A stretch of DNA of 61,693 bases, filler included. It is 5 parts of 5 records of this genome, joined end to end, with 100 filler letters (N's around TTAATTAATTAA, not from the genome) between each part and the next. Parts side by side here need not be neighbours in the genome. Positions count along the whole stretch, not along the records: positions 1 to 12,740 come from SRR31147125_9204; positions 12,841 to 23,525 come from SRR31147125_9269; 3 more parts are not named here. The stretch is one strand, 5' to 3'. The notes beneath the pieces were generated by a model, which saw only the letters and a list, made by a program, of their open reading frames with translations, was not told the DNA's origin and did not search any database. How positions within the stretch are numbered: position 1 is the first letter of the stretch; each line of letters starts with the position of its first letter. Below, piece by piece: positions 1 to 12,929 of the stretch. The position numbers and the translations under genes were made by a program.

Positions 1-1192
1 AAACAACATCGCCAAGGTAACTGCCCTGTGCATCCATCAAAAACGGGTAGTAACTTATTGTTTCGCTATTTGTTTTGGTGAATAACCCTTCGATAATAGA
101 CCAGTCATTTGTATTCCACCAGTTATTGGAAAAATCATGTGTAGCAGATGGGTTAGTGTTTACAACAACATTTTTACCGCCATCCATCACTTCAAAGCTA
201 CAATCATGAACAGTTGATGAAACTGTATCCGTGGAACTTGCTCCAAGCACGATATTGAATCTGTTTTGGCTAAATATTGTATCTTCAACGCTTACATTCA
301 TATCACCCGTTGCATAAATAGCTGTTGTTCTCTCATCTGTAGAGTTTGAATTTGAGGAATGATAAAAATATGAATCTGAAATCTCTATGCTATCACATGA
401 TATTGCAACAACACCCACATCATTAATACTACTGTTATCACAACCATAATATTTTAGTCCAAAACTATTAGTAACAGCATCATCTTTTAAAACTTTTAGT
501 CTTGCATTGTTTTTTATTTGTATACCAGAAGCTAAATTATCTTCTAATACTAAATTTGTAAATTCAGAAAAAGTTGCAGAAGTTTCAACGTCTATATTGA
601 TTACAAACGGCAATGTTGGGCTTGAAGCACTTGGAATACTCGTGTTTTCAAGATTATTCATCGTAACGTTATAAATATCTAACGTCCCAGATTCAACACA
701 AATGCCATATAAGAAATCTTCGCCTTCAAAATCAAACGTAACGTTTTTTATTTCGCACGATGTACCAGAGACCAAACAAAAAGCATTATCCGTTCCTGCA
801 ACAAAACTTGCAGAAGGTTTTACTGTTGGTGCTGTATCATTAGCTGAATCAAAACCTATACAGTCAATTGCAGTTGTATAGTTTAAAACTAGATGATTAT
901 CAACCTCATAAACATTGTTTGTAGCATCTTGGTTAATAAGTATAATTGCATCAGTATTCGTCTTGGCAGCATCAATAGCTAAATCAAGATCATTAAATGC
1001 ATCCGTTCCAACAGTATATGAAGCACCATCATATATAACAGTTGTACCATTTGCCGAAGTTATTTCATTATCACAGATTATCTTATCACCCGTGGCAGAA
1101 GCAAATGCATATTTTGGCAATAACACCAAAAATAACGTTATGCAAAAAACCAAACTATATTTATATATTCTATTAATAATACTATGCTTCAT
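1..1192 (-). CDS. Secreted protein, probable right-handed beta-helix; 3' end runs off the window
   Basis: Not in the ORF track. I translated the minus strand from ATG 1192 (MKHSIINRIYKYSLVFCITLFLVLLPKYAFA, signal-peptide-like) and it stays open to position 1. It has I-x-N-x-T-F-type repeats and a DFSNNWW motif, with a purine-rich RBS upstream. Confidence 0.75.
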   Translation of the reverse strand, partial: MKHSIINRIYKYSLVFCITLFLVLLPKYAFASATGDKIICDNEITSANGTTVIYDGASYTVGTDAFNDLDLAIDAAKTNTDAIILINQDATNNVYEVDNHLVLNYTTAIDCIGFDSANDTAPTVKPSASFVAGTDNAFCLVSGTSCEIKNVTFDFEGEDFLYGICVESGTLDIYNVTMNNLENTSIPSASSPTLPFVINIDVETSATFSEFTNLVLEDNLASGIQIKNNARLKVLKDDAVTNSFGLKYYGCDNSSINDVGVVAISCDSIEISDSYFYHSSNSNSTDERTTAIYATGDMNVSVEDTIFSQNRFNIVLGASSTDTVSSTVHDCSFEVMDGGKNVVVNTNPSATHDFSNNWWNTNDWSIIEGLFTKTNSETISYYPFLMDAQGSYLGDVV

Positions 1193-1395
1193 ATTATCTA
1201 CCCCCTTAGTACATAAAAGCACACATATATTCAATTATACTTGTTTTAGTTTCAATAATCAACAAAATAATCCTTTTTTGATAGAACATATATGCTTATT
1301 AGGTTAATTTTTCTTATTAATTTAATATTTTGTTAAAAAACGCAGTTTGATTTTGACTTGAATAGTTAAAACATATATTATACATTGTATAAGGA

Positions 1396-2394
1396 GTGAT
1401 TTGTATCAAGAGATTATTATTAATTATACTTAGTTTGATTTTTATTTTATGTTTGAATACGCCAACTGCATATGCAGAAAATGATTATTGGCCCTATTCA
1501 ACAAATACATATAGTTATACCGATTCGGAGCTTGATTACCTTGCAAAAACCATTGACTGTGAAGCAAGAGGAGAAAGCCTGAAAGGTAAAATTGCTGTTG
1601 GTAATGTAATTATGAACAGAGTTTTTGTATACGATAGCAACATAGCAAGCATTGTTACTGCCGCTAACCAATTTGCTTATATAGCAGAAAGAACACCATC
1701 GGCGGAGTCTTACGAAGCAGCAAGAAGAGTTTTGGACAGCGAAGAATGGTTTGTACCACAGAATTGCTATTACTTTAAAACAACTCCTCCACCTAGTGGT
1801 GGTGCATCAACATGGAGTGGAGAATCGGACGACCCAATAAAATATTGGGGAAAACTCGGTAATCATTATTTTTATGTAAGAGATCTAAAAGGGCGATATA
1901 ACGGAGACGATGTTCCCGCACCTATGTTTGGACGAGAATATGACAGCCCAAGGCTTGGTATAAAACCTTCGGATGAAGTTATATACATACAGCAATTATT
2001 AGTGCAATGTGGTTTTTCAATAACACCAGATGGCTACTTTGGCGATAATACTCATAAAGCTATAAAAAAGTTTCAAGAGCAAACCAAGTTGGAGATTGAC
2101 GGTATCGTAGGTCAAAAAACACTTTCGGCATTAGAACAAGCTGTAGAAGATAATGCAGCCGCAGTTATATCTAATGATATTGACGAACCATCAGTTCATG
2201 TTAAAAAACTTTTAAACACTTTAAATTCTAAAAAGCTATTAAGAGACAGCATAGATAATCAAGTGATTATCAGTGTTACAAACTACAAAATAAATAATAT
2301 TTCAAACAGACTTAGAAACGACTTTGACATAAGCGTTGATATCATTGAGTATGATACCCAAACTGAAAGGCATTACCTTACTAGTGCCGAATAA
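1396..2394 (+). CDS. SleB/CwlJ-like cell wall hydrolase with peptidoglycan-binding domain
   Basis: Signal peptide; LAKTIDCEARGES..GKIAVGNVIMNRV...NQF...GNHYFY (Hydrolase_2); DGYFGDNT..AIKKFQ...L.IDGIVG (PG_binding_1); AAGGAG RBS. Confidence 0.85.
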   Translation: MICIKRLLLIILSLIFILCLNTPTAYAENDYWPYSTNTYSYTDSELDYLAKTIDCEARGESLKGKIAVGNVIMNRVFVYDSNIASIVTAANQFAYIAERTPSAESYEAARRVLDSEEWFVPQNCYYFKTTPPPSGGASTWSGESDDPIKYWGKLGNHYFYVRDLKGRYNGDDVPAPMFGREYDSPRLGIKPSDEVIYIQQLLVQCGFSITPDGYFGDNTHKAIKKFQEQTKLEIDGIVGQKTLSALEQAVEDNAAAVISNDIDEPSVHVKKLLNTLNSKKLLRDSIDNQVIISVTNYKINNISNRLRNDFDISVDIIEYDTQTERHYLTSAE

Positions 2395-2418
2395 TTATTT
2401 TCAAATTATAAAGCGCAA

Positions 2419-2460
2419 AAAACCTCTACTATCAATATCAAAAGCGATAATAGAGGTTTT
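2419..2460. terminator. Bidirectional intrinsic terminator
   Basis: AAAACCTCTACTATC...GATAATAGAGGTTTT hairpin between convergent genes. Confidence 0.7.
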
Positions 2461-2474
2461 GTATTTATCTCACT

Positions 2475-4139
2475 TTATCTTTTAAGCGCCGCACCCTTAT
2501 CAGCAGAAAGAGCATTCTTAGCATACCTTCCCATATATCCGCTTATATTCTTTGGCGGAAGTATCTCCATTGTTTTTTTGCGTTTTTCTATTTCTTCATC
2601 ATCAACTTTCAAGTTGATTTTATAACTATTGATATCAACCTCAATAACATCACCGTCTTTAACATAAGCAATAAGTCCGCCACTAGCAGCTTCTGGTGAA
2701 ATATGACCAATAGCCGCACCTCTTGTAGCTCCAGAGAATCTTCCATCCGTTATAAGCATGACATCTTTATCAAGACCCATTCCTGCTATTGCAGAAGTTG
2801 GCGATAACATCTCTCTCATTCCAGGTCCGCCAGAAGGTCCTTCGTATCTTATAACTACTACATCACCTTCAACTATCTTTCCACCCATAATAGCTTCTAT
2901 GGCATCCTCTTCACTGTTGTACACCTTAGCAACACAAGAATTTTTAAGCATAGATTCATCAACTGCGCTTCTTTTAACAACACATCCATTAGGTGCAATG
3001 TTACCAAATAATATAGCGAGTCCGCCAGTTTTTGAATAAGGTTCGTTTGCGCTTTTTATAACCTCATTATTTAAATTTTTTGCGGTAGCTAAATTCTCTT
3101 TAACCGTTTTCCCAGTAGCGGTGATCAAATCTTCATTAAGCAATCCTAAGCTCGCAACTTCTTTCATAACTGCGTATATACCACCAGCTGCATATAGATC
3201 TTGCATATGATGTCCTCCCGCTGGAGATAAGTGACAAAGATTCGGTGTTTTTTCGCTAATCTCGTTAACCATTTCTAGAGGAAAATCGACCCCTACCTCT
3301 CTTGCAATTGCAGGCAAGTGTAAAATTGTATTTGTAGAGCACCCAAGTGCCATATCCATCGTTACAGCATTTTCAAACGATGCTTCATTTACGATATCCA
3401 AAAACTTGGTATCGCTTTCAAACAATTCCATTATTCGCATACCCGCCGCTTTAGCCAGCCTTATTCTATTAGAATAAACCGCAGGAATAGTTCCATTACC
3501 AGGAAGAGCAACACCTAAAACCTCACATAAACAGTTCATTGAGTTTGCAGTAAACATACCAGAACAAGAACCACATGTAGGGCATGCGTTTTCTTCATAA
3601 TAATCTAAGCGCTGTTCGTCAATTTTTCCTGCGTTAAGCGACCCAACAGCTTCAAAAACGCTGTTAAGATCCAAGTATCTGCCAGTATCATCAGGAACAG
3701 AAAGCATAGGTCCGCCCGAAACAAAGATAGACGGCAAGTTTATTCTAGCCGCAGCCATAAGCATACCAGGAACAATCTTGTCGCAGTTTGGGATAAATAC
3801 CAAAGCATCAAAAGCATGTGCATACGCCATACACTCAACACTGTCAGCGATTATCTCTCTTGATGCAAGAGAATACTTCATACCTCTATGGCCCATTGCA
3901 ATACCGTCACAAACGCCTATCGTATTAAACTCAAGCGGAGTTCCTCCATTTGCTAATACACCATCTTTTACAGCTCTCGAAATCTGTAATAGATGAGTGT
4001 GACCTGGTACTATCTCATTATATGAGTTTACAATACCAATAAGTGGTTTTCTAAGCTGTTCGTTTGAAAGGCCGTTTGCTTTTAAAAGTGATCTATGCGG
4101 AGCTTTTGATGCTCCTTTTTTTACATTATCTGATATCAT
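2475..4139 (-). CDS. ilvD: Dihydroxy-acid dehydratase
   Basis: [37 protein letters not shown] and TDGRFSG motifs. Start moved to MISDNV (ATG 4139, AGGAG RBS). Confidence 0.96.
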   Translation of the reverse strand: MISDNVKKGASKAPHRSLLKANGLSNEQLRKPLIGIVNSYNEIVPGHTHLLQISRAVKDGVLANGGTPLEFNTIGVCDGIAMGHRGMKYSLASREIIADSVECMAYAHAFDALVFIPNCDKIVPGMLMAAARINLPSIFVSGGPMLSVPDDTGRYLDLNSVFEAVGSLNAGKIDEQRLDYYEENACPTCGSCSGMFTANSMNCLCEVLGVALPGNGTIPAVYSNRIRLAKAAGMRIMELFESDTKFLDIVNEASFENAVTMDMALGCSTNTILHLPAIAREVGVDFPLEMVNEISEKTPNLCHLSPAGGHHMQDLYAAGGIYAVMKEVASLGLLNEDLITATGKTVKENLATAKNLNNEVIKSANEPYSKTGGLAILFGNIAPNGCVVKRSAVDESMLKNSCVAKVYNSEEDAIEAIMGGKIVEGDVVVIRYEGPSGGPGMREMLSPTSAIAGMGLDKDVMLITDGRFSGATRGAAIGHISPEAASGGLIAYVKDGDVIEVDINSYKINLKVDDEEIEKRKKTMEILPPKNISGYMGRYAKNALSADKGAALKR

Positions 4140-4152
4140 TATTAAACTCCTA

Positions 4153-4422
4153 CTATTTATTATTTTCGTCTTGCGGTAAAAAGAACTCAAAAAGTTCCAC
4201 CTTATAAACATCCTCTAACTTATTCAGTTGTTTTACAATTTGGTCTTTAACATAATCATCTCCACTGATGACTAAGTACATAATATAATATCTACTGTCT
4301 TCTAAAGCACCAGATGATATAAAGCTTACATTAAAACCACGTTTAGATATTAATGCTGATATCCTTGTCAAAACCCCAGGATGATTATCAATAATTAGCG
4401 TCAGCGAAAATTGTTCAATCAT
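4153..4422 (-). CDS. ilvN: Acetolactate synthase small subunit (single ACT domain)
   Basis: [20 protein letters not shown]...[12 protein letters not shown]; directly upstream of ilvD; ATG 4422 after GGAG. Confidence 0.8.
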   Translation of the reverse strand: MIEQFSLTLIIDNHPGVLTRISALISKRGFNVSFISSGALEDSRYYIMYLVISGDDYVKDQIVKQLNKLEDVYKVELFEFFLPQDENNK

Positions 4423-4520
4423 TATTATTTCTCCTATAAGTATGGTTAAATTATTTTCGCACATGAATCACGTATTGTCAATTAATTTGGAACTTGCATC
4501 ATAAAAAAGCATGGCTGTTT

Positions 4521-7500
4521 TTATACATTATTAATAGAATCGAAAAAGCTAATCTGGTTTTTAGTACTTAGCCCAGCTAAACACCCAAAACTATCCAAAG
4601 CGTCAATAACTGTTTTAGAAACCTTTGCTCTATTAACTATTTCCTCTTTGGATATATACTTTTTAACCAAGGATTCTTTTCGCAAGTTTTCAGCAGCATT
4701 TTCTCCAACTCCTGGTAGAGCGGCAAAAGGCATACGTATTCCATCCTCTTCTATAGTAAAATCCTTAGCTTCAGATTTTTCTAAATCCACTGGCAAAAAG
4801 CCTATACCTCTTTGATACATCTCGTATGCTAGCTCAAGGTTTGTAACCATAGCCGCTTCATTCGCAGTCGCTTCAAAGTTCTTTACTTTCTTATCAATCT
4901 CTTTTATATGCTTTTCAATGGCCTGCATTCCATCGACTACATAACTAGCATCAAAGTTTTTAGCCCTTATTGAAAAGTATGTTGCATAATAAGCCTTTGG
5001 ATAATGCACCTTATAATAGGCTATCCTAAGTGCCATAGTAACATAAGCTACAGCATGGGCTTTTGGAAACATATATGAAATCTTAATACAAGATTCTATA
5101 AACCAATCTGGCATTTTAGCTTCTCTCATGGCTTTTTCCATCTCAGGCTTTAAGCCCTTCCCTTTTCTTACATGCTCCATAGTAAAAAATGACAATTTAT
5201 GGTCAACTCCATACGCTACCATAGCGTTCATAATATCATCACGAGTAGCGATAACTTCTGACAGTGTACATGTTCCTTTTTTTATTAATAAATCCGCATT
5301 ACCCTGCCACACATCAGCACCATGCGAAAGACCCGATATTCTTATAAGTTCCGACATAGTCGTTGGTCTTGTTAGTGTCAAAACACCACGTACAAACTTT
5401 GTTCCAAATTCAGGAACACCGTAAGACCCAACTTCGGTATCCAATAGCTTATCATCCTGTAATCCCAAAGATTCAATAGTAGAAAAAAGCTTCATAGTCT
5501 TTTTCATCGCGAAGCGGTACAGATGTTGCATCAATACCCGTTAAATCCGAAAGTCTTTTCAACATAGTAGGGTCATCGTGACCTAATATATCTAGCTTAA
5601 CAAGCCTATCGTGAAGAGAATCAAAATCAAAGTGCGTTGTTGTTGATGTACTTTTCATATCATTTGCTGGTCTTTGAATTGGTGTATAATCATATACTTC
5701 TTTATCTTTAGGTACAACAACCAAGCCGCCAGGATGCTGGCCTGTTGTTTTTTTAACGCCTATAATGCCTTGCGCTATTCTTTTTATATCGGCATTAGGT
5801 CTTTTCAAACCATTTACATCCATATAGTTTTTAACATATCCAATAGCTGTCTTTTCTGCTATCGTAGATATTGTTCCTGCACGGAATACATAATCTCTTC
5901 CAAAATAATCAATGGTAAACTCATGAGCTTTTGCTTGATAATCACCAGAAAAGTTCAAATCAATATCAGGAACTTTATCTGCATTTAAACCAAGGAATGT
6001 TTCAAAAGGAATATCAAATCCATCTTTATAGTATTGTTCACCACAATTAGGGCAAATTTTATCTGGTAAATCTACTCCGCAGTCGTATTTATTTGTATCT
6101 ATATCAAAGTCAGAATGCTTACAGTTTTTGCACCTATAGTGGGCTGGTAGCGGATTAACTTCGGTAACACCAGTCATTGTTGCCGCAAGAGACGAACCAA
6201 CAGAACCTCTTGAACCAACGATAAATCCATTATCCAATGAATTTTTGATAAGGAAATGAGCGATATAATAAAGCACAGCAAACCCGTGTTTACATATAGA
6301 GTTCATCTCTTTATTAAGTCTGTTTTCAACTATCTCTGGCAACTTCTCTCCATACATCTCTTTAGCGGTTTTTCTTGCTACATCCCACAAAAGTTCATCG
6401 GCGTTTTCAATTTTAGGGAAAGATGTTTCTTTAGGTAAAAGCTCAAACTGCTCTGTCATCTCATATACTTTATTCGTATTTTCTACAACAACTTCATACG
6501 CAAGATCATCACCTAAATAACTAAATTCATCAAGCATCTCTCTTGTGTTTCTATAAAACAAAGGCGGTTGCAAGTGAGCATCACTAAACTTTTTCATAGT
6601 CATAAGAACTTCTCTGTGTATGCTGTCTCGCGCATCCAAAAAGTGAGCATCACAAGTTGCTACAGTAATTTTGCCTAAAGCCTTACCTACATCAATAATT
6701 CTTCTATTTATAGCTTCAAGCTCTTTTTTATCCTGCACCAAACCCTCACGAACTAAAAATTCATTATTCCCATTTGGTTGGACTTCAAGATAATCATAAA
6801 ACTGCATAATCTTTTTTAGTTGACTATCAGAACCGTCATGCAAAGCCGCTTTATAAACTTCACCTTGTTCACATGCAGCCCCAACTATCAAGCCTTCTCT
6901 ATGCTCTTCGATAAACGATTTTGGAATCCTTGGGCGCTTATAAAAATTATTGATATGAGAATGCGATACAATTTTATAAAGGTTTTTAAGACCCAATTTG
7001 TTTTTGCATAAAAGTATTACATGATAAGTCTTTTCATGCTTCTTTTGCAAATCACTTAAAAGCTTTTGATTGATTTCGTAAGTGCTGTTTACACCCTTTT
7101 CTTTCATCATTTTAATAAAATGTATAAAAACTTCTGCTGTAGCAACAGCATCGTTTAATGCTCTATGGTGTTCCAGCGGTATATTGAAATGTTTTGTTAC
7201 ATAAGCCAAACCATGTCTTTTATTTTGAGTAAGCAAAACCTGCGAAAGCGTTAGCGTATCTAAAACAGGATTTTCAGAAAAACTGATATTATTCCTTTTT
7301 CCTGCTGCTTTAAAAAACGACATATCAAATTTTGCATTGTGCGCAATAATACAATCATCACCCACAAAGTCTTTAAACATCTTTATAGCTTCGCCTTCTT
7401 TTGGTGCGCCTCTTACCATATCGGATGTAATACCAGTAATTTGCGTTATTTTGATCGATATTGGTCTTTCAGGGTCAACAAAAGTTGAAAATTTTTCTTT

Positions 7501-8883
7501 TACCTCTCCATCAACAACCCTAACCGCACCTATTTCAGTCATTACTTCAGTTGCTGGACTAAAGCCAGTTGTCTCAATATCCGCTACAACGTACGATCCA
7601 GATAAAGGAATATCACTATTGCCTCTATAGGCTTCCACGCTATCAATCGTCATATAAGCTTCCATACCATAGATTATATCTATGCCTTTTTTGCTGGCAT
7701 ATCCATCAGCTATTGGAAAAGCCTGCACCACACCGTGGTCTGTAATAGCAATAGCCTTATGTCCATATTCGCATGCTCTGTCTATTGCTTTTTTAATATT
7801 TATTGTCGCATCTTCCGCACTCATAACAGTATGCAAATGAAGCTCAACACGCTTGTTTGGTTCATCATCTGTTTTTGGTATTGGCTGTTTTTTCACCAAG
7901 CTTTTTGCCATTATACAAAAAGTATCTGAATACTTGTCTTTTTCTACTGCGCCTTCTATCTTATATAGGCCTTTTTTTATTTTATCTCCTTTTTGCTCAA
8001 AAACCTTTTCCGTCATAAACATCTTAGCCTGCATTGTCGATGTATAATCAGTTATCGTCATTATAATTAGCTTAGATTTGTTTTTACAAGTTATGATCTC
8101 AACATCAAAAACATCACCCTCAATAACAACACTTTTCATTTCTTCTTCGATATCAGCAATATCCGTAGCGTTATCTCTAATGTTTCTGCCAACAATAACT
8201 TCACTACTTGATATCTTTCGCTTTGGTTTAGATTTATTTTCTATAATCGGTTGAGTAGGTTCTGGCGGTAAAGGTATATCATTAGCTCCGTCTGGAATAT
8301 CACTCTCATTCTTAGAATTTTCTTTTGTACTTTGCTCATGCTTAACCACCAACGGTTCTACTATTGTAATATCAATCTCGTTATTGTGGTCAATATCTTC
8401 ATTTACTTTTAATGTAATAGCATAATGAATATCAAAATTAAACTGCAAAATCTCCTGTAAGTGTGCTTTTGCGCCTAACATTTCAAACATATCTTTTGCA
8501 TATTTTGTTTTAAAATCGATGCAATACTTTTCACCATCTAAATACGACTTTGCAGTTTGTAAAAAAGGCTTTAGTGCACTTGATTTGTTGCATAGTTTTT
8601 GGTTTATATATTTATACATATCCTCTTCACTTAAATCAAGGCTCGAATAATCAAAATAAATTAGAACGTTTGGATAGTCCTTAAATATCAAGTTGCATCT
8701 ACTATTTATCTTCATCTCCTGCATATGCGTCAACATTTTTTTGCACGCAAAAACAGCATAATAACTTGCGTCTTCTTTTCTATGAAATATTTCTTTTAAT
8801 TCAACTTCAGCAAGCGTTTTTTCGTCAAAACACTTAGCTGCTAATGCTTTAAACCTATTTTTTCGAATCTCTCCAGTGGTCAT
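4521..8883 (-). CDS. polC: DNA polymerase III PolC-type alpha subunit (split by a 1-nt indel near 5500)
   Basis: PHP (ELHLHT, AITDHG), exonuclease (DIETTG, HHRALND), GSRGSVGSS, PDIDLNFSG, KLDILGHDDPT, YMFPKAHA. The two ORFs join at a T5 run (5500-5504). Confidence 0.96.
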
Positions 8884-8895
8884 ACTTGCTCCATA

Positions 8896-9366
8896 CTATT
8901 TTTTTGATATCTCTTCTACAATGCATTTTGGTACAAAGTTTGAAACATCTCCGTTAAACCTTATCGCTTCACGTACCATGCTAGAACTTACAAAAGCATG
9001 AGCTGGGTCTGTCATTAAAAATACTGTTTCTAACTTCGAATACAACTTTTTGTTCATGCTCGCCATAGTAAGTTCAGTTTCGAAATCCACTTGATTCCTT
9101 AGGCCCCTTACAATAAGGTTACAGTCAGATTTTTTTGCATAATCTACGAGTAACCCTTCATATATATCGACTTCTACGTTTTTAAATTTATTTACGCTTT
9201 TTACAATAAACTCTTTGCGTTTTTCTAAAGAAAAAGTAGATTGTTTTTTGCTGTTTATCATAATACAAACAGTAACTTTGTCAAAAATCTCGCTTGCTCT
9301 TTTAATTATATCTAAATGTCCAATTGTAATAGGATCAAAACTTCCTGGATAAATGCATGCTCTCAT
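8896..9366 (-). CDS. coaD: Phosphopantetheine adenylyltransferase
   Basis: YPGSFDPITIGHLDII, RGLR, VSSSMVRE. Confidence 0.96.
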   Translation of the reverse strand: MRACIYPGSFDPITIGHLDIIKRASEIFDKVTVCIMINSKKQSTFSLEKRKEFIVKSVNKFKNVEVDIYEGLLVDYAKKSDCNLIVRGLRNQVDFETELTMASMNKKLYSKLETVFLMTDPAHAFVSSSMVREAIRFNGDVSNFVPKCIVEEISKK

Positions 9367-9908
9367 TATCTTTCACCTTTTCTATAGTATAAAACTTTTG
9401 TTTTACCGTAACTTTTTTCTCTTTCTAAATCATACCCATTACCAACATTTATATCAAAATCGCCATCCATCTCTATAACCATAATACCACCATCCGCTAG
9501 CATGTTATTATAGTGTATTAAATTTAGTGCAGTTTGATAATGTTCAGAACTATAAGGCGGGTCTAAAAAGATTATATCGTATTTATTACCCTTAAGTTGT
9601 TTTAATCCAACAGTAAAATCACATTCTTTTATCATGTAATCACAGTCCATACCAGATGTATTTGTCTCTATAGCACTTATTGCCCTTTTATCACTCTCGA
9701 TAAAATCACAATACTTTGCACCTCTGCTAAGTGCTTCTATTCCAAGAGCACCGCTTCCTGCAAATAAATCAAGTACATTAGCATCCGGTATCTCAAACTG
9801 AATCCTACCAAATATCGCTTCTTTAACTCTATCGGTTGTAGGTCTTGTACCAAGCCCCTGCGAACACACCAGCTTTCTTCCTCTATAATTTCCGCTTATA
9901 ATTCTCAT
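9366..9908 (-). CDS. rsmD: 16S rRNA m2G966 methyltransferase
   Basis: MRIISG..RGR, RPTTDRVKEA, LDLFAGSGALGIEALSRGA, DPPY; adjacent to coaD. Confidence 0.94.
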   Translation of the reverse strand: MRIISGNYRGRKLVCSQGLGTRPTTDRVKEAIFGRIQFEIPDANVLDLFAGSGALGIEALSRGAKYCDFIESDKRAISAIETNTSGMDCDYMIKECDFTVGLKQLKGNKYDIIFLDPPYSSEHYQTALNLIHYNNMLADGGIMVIEMDGDFDINVGNGYDLEREKSYGKTKVLYYRKGER

Positions 9909-10455
9909 TTTCTAATATCCTCTTATCGGTTAACAAAATATCAACAGGCACATCATATTTTTCACTGTATATATCATCAACTATTTGATAATCATATGCA
10001 ATACCCATCTTGATTGATTTTGGATATTTTTTTAAAAATCTATCATAATATCCGCCGCCATAGCCCAATCTATTGAGTTTAGTATCATAAGCTACAGCTG
10101 GGCATATAATCAAATCAATTTCTTTCGCAATAATCCCACTTGTTGGTTCATTTATTCCGTATGCGTTTTTTAAATACTCTCCAGTGTCCAAAACAGCTTG
10201 CATATCATTATTTGAAACTAAAACAGGCAGAAATGCTTGCCTGCCCGTTTTTTTTATATCATCTATAATATCATTTGTGTAGACTTCGTTGTTAATAGAA
10301 GCGTATATCATAATACTTCTTGCCTTTTTATATTCAAATGATTCAACAACTCTATCAAATATAATGTCAGACATTTTTTCAGCATCTTTAATATCCATAT
10401 TGTTGCGTTGAGTGATCATAGATTTTCTAAGTGCTTTTTTATCAAGGCTAACCAT
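9883..10455 (-). CDS. 5-formyltetrahydrofolate cyclo-ligase
   Basis: K..LRK N-terminus, GINEP, RLGYGGGYYDRFL. Confidence 0.92.
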   Translation of the reverse strand: MVSLDKKALRKSMITQRNNMDIKDAEKMSDIIFDRVVESFEYKKARSIMIYASINNEVYTNDIIDDIKKTGRQAFLPVLVSNNDMQAVLDTGEYLKNAYGINEPTSGIIAKEIDLIICPAVAYDTKLNRLGYGGGYYDRFLKKYPKSIKMGIAYDYQIVDDIYSEKYDVPVDILLTDKRILENENYKRKL

Positions 10456-11565
10456 TGATATATTCTCTTTTTAACCTAGTTGTAAAAGATAATAACACCT
10501 CATAACTAATTGTTCCGCACATATTTGCATAATCATCAGCAGTAATTGTAGCTTTTCCTTGCTTACCTATGATAATAGCTTCGTCGCCAATTTTTACATC
10601 GTCTATATCAGAAACATCCACCATAATCATATCCATACAAACCCTGCCAACGACTTTGGCTTTTTTACCATCAATCAATACGTATCCTTTGTTTGATAAA
10701 AGCCTGTTATAGCCATCGCCATAGCCTATTCCAACAGTAGCAATCTTCATCGGCTGTTTTGCAACAAAAGTTCTGCCATAGCTTACAGATTCACCAACAG
10801 AAATATGATTGATATTTACGACATGAGAGTAAACGCTCATAATGGGCCTTAGGTTAACACCGCTTGTTTTTTTGGCTGATGGATCATAGCCATATAGGGA
10901 TATCCCTGCACGCACAAAGTCAAAACTATACTCTGGCAAGTTAATGATACCGCCACTATTAGACGAATGAATAAGTGGGTTAAACCCTAAATCTTTAGCA
11001 ATGGAAATAAACTCATTAAACTTTGTTATCTGGCCTTCACTAAATATTTTATCCACTTCGTCAGAGACAGCAAAATGAGTAAACATCCCTTCAAAAACAA
11101 CTCTGTCGCACTCGATTATCGTTTCAAGAAGCTCTTTAAAGCTTTTTGTATCCTTAACACCAGTCCTATTCATACCTGTGTCTACCTTGATGTGCACAAA
11201 GGCCTCAAGGTCTTTTTCCTCTGCTTTTTTTGCAGCATTAAAATATGCTCTTTTAAAAACACAGCTTGCCTAACTTTAAAGTCAACCAATATATCAAGCG
11301 TATCAGAAAAAATCGGTCCAATAATTAATATCGGAGTATCAATATCCTCTTTTAAAATATCAATAGCTTCGTTAGCCGTTGCAAAACACAATAAATCCGC
11401 TCCGTATTTAATACACGCCTTAGAAACTTCCAAAGCTCCATGACCATAAGCATCAGCTTTTACAACTGCGGCAAACTTTGTATTTTGGGGCACATTTGCT
11501 TTTAAAGCATCAATATTATGCTTTAAGTTATTAAGGTCTACTATAATACCTGATCTTTTATCCAT
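10448..11565 (-). CDS. alr: Alanine racemase (split by a 1-nt indel near 11225-11231)
   Basis: AVVKADAYGHG in the first ORF; HIKVDTGMNRTG, GYGDG and GRVCMDM in the second; they join at a T7 run. Confidence 0.94.
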
Positions 11566-11568
11566 AAG

Positions 11569-12000
11569 CTATATATTATTTATTTCCTCACCTGGCATAA
11601 TTTCAATACCATTTTCACTCATTATTTCGATTGTTTTTTCAATCTCTTCAACCCTAAACAAAATAAGAGCACTTCCAGCTTTTGATCTTACAAAAGAGTA
11701 TAGATATTCTACTTGAATGCCTTCTTTTTCTAAAACATCCAACACTTCCGATAAACCGCCTGGTCTATCAGGGACAACAACTGCTAAAACTTCTGTAGTC
11801 TTTGCAGTGAAGCCAGCTTCTTTTATAGCTTTTAGCGCTAAATCTGTGTCCTTTACCAAGCATCTTAGTATGCCAAAATCAGTTGTATCAGCAATAGATA
11901 GCGCAACTAAGTCAATCCCACTAGAAGAAATCACCTTTGTAAGTTCTGCTAATCTTCCTTTTTTGTTTTCAATAAATACAGATATTTGCTTTAACATCAT
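11569..12000 (-). CDS. Tandem ACT-domain protein
   Basis: KQISVFIENKKGRL...IADTTDFGILR...PDRPGGL...VEYLY; this type usually sits next to phenylacetate-CoA ligase. Confidence 0.85.
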   Translation of the reverse strand: MMLKQISVFIENKKGRLAELTKVISSSGIDLVALSIADTTDFGILRCLVKDTDLALKAIKEAGFTAKTTEVLAVVVPDRPGGLSEVLDVLEKEGIQVEYLYSFVRSKAGSALILFRVEEIEKTIEIMSENGIEIMPGEEINNI

Positions 12001-12024
12001 AATAACACAACCTTTCAATCCTCA

Positions 12025-12740
12025 TTAAAATTTCCTATTATCAATAACTCTAACAGCTTTTCCTTCGCTTCTCTTAATCGTCTTTGATTCAACAAAAGTA
12101 AGAGCCACAGCTATTCCAAGTACAGACTGGATTTCATTTATTATCGTTTTCTTCAATTTTTCAATCTCTTTAACTTCATCAGAGAACATTTTATCAGAAA
12201 TCTCTACTTGAACCTCTAATGTATCAGCATTGTTTTTTCTGTCAACAACTATTTGATAATGAGGCTCTACATCATCAAATTTAACCAAAACAGACTCAAT
12301 TTGTGATGGGAATACATTTACCCCTCTGATAATAAGCATATCATCGCTTCTTCCCATAACTTTTTGCATACGTACCAAAGTTCTTCCGCAACCACACTTA
12401 CCATCATTAATCTCTGTTATATCTTTTGTTCTATATCTAAGTAGTGGAATACCTTCTTTTTCTATACAAGTAAATACAAGTTCTCCTTTAACTCCGTAAC
12501 CTAAAGATTCACAAGTATTAGCATCGATAATTTCTGGATAGAAATAATCTTCGTTAACATGCAAACCAGTTTTATATTCGCAATCGCATGAAACACCAGG
12601 TCCTACAATCTCTGAAAGACCATAAATATCTCTTGCCTTGATTCCAAGTCTCTCTTCAATCTGTTCTCTCATCTCTTCTGTCCAAGGTTCCGCACCCAAT
12701 ATTCCAGCCTCTAGCTTTAGCTTAGATCTATCAATGCCAA
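12025..12740 (-). CDS. paaK: Phenylacetate-CoA ligase family protein (5' part lost at the contig end)
   Basis: GAEPWTEEMR, YGLSE, PLLRYRTKD, GRSDDMLIIRGVNVFPSQIE, GKAVRVID. Confidence 0.88.
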
Positions 12741-12840
12741 NNNNNNNNNNNNNNNNNNNNNNNNNNNNNNNNNNNNNNNNNNNNTTAATTAATTAANNNN
12801 NNNNNNNNNNNNNNNNNNNNNNNNNNNNNNNNNNNNNNNN
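12741..12840. other. Artificial contig spacer
   Basis: N-run containing TTAATTAATTAA (stops in all frames). Confidence 0.99.
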
Positions 12841-12929
12841 AAACCTGCAACAGCAAAGTTTGGAAGAATTGAAAAACCGGCCGTTGCTGCCGCTGTACTC
12901 TTTATAAAATCTCTTCTAGTTTTAGTCAT
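12841..12929 (-). CDS. N-terminus of a Tat-exported protein (partial)
   Basis: MTKTRRDFIKSTAAATAGFSILPNFAVAG: twin-arginine signal, cut by the contig edge. Confidence 0.7.

Noticed and set aside
915-1307. 130-aa plus-strand ORF and the many other short antisense ORFs in the track
   Set aside because: They are shadows of well-supported genes on the opposite strand or in another frame (here the 1-1192 minus-strand gene).
5473-5534. Programmed frameshift or naturally split polC
   Set aside because: It is a single extra base in a short run within an essential gene, and the same error type occurs throughout the window.
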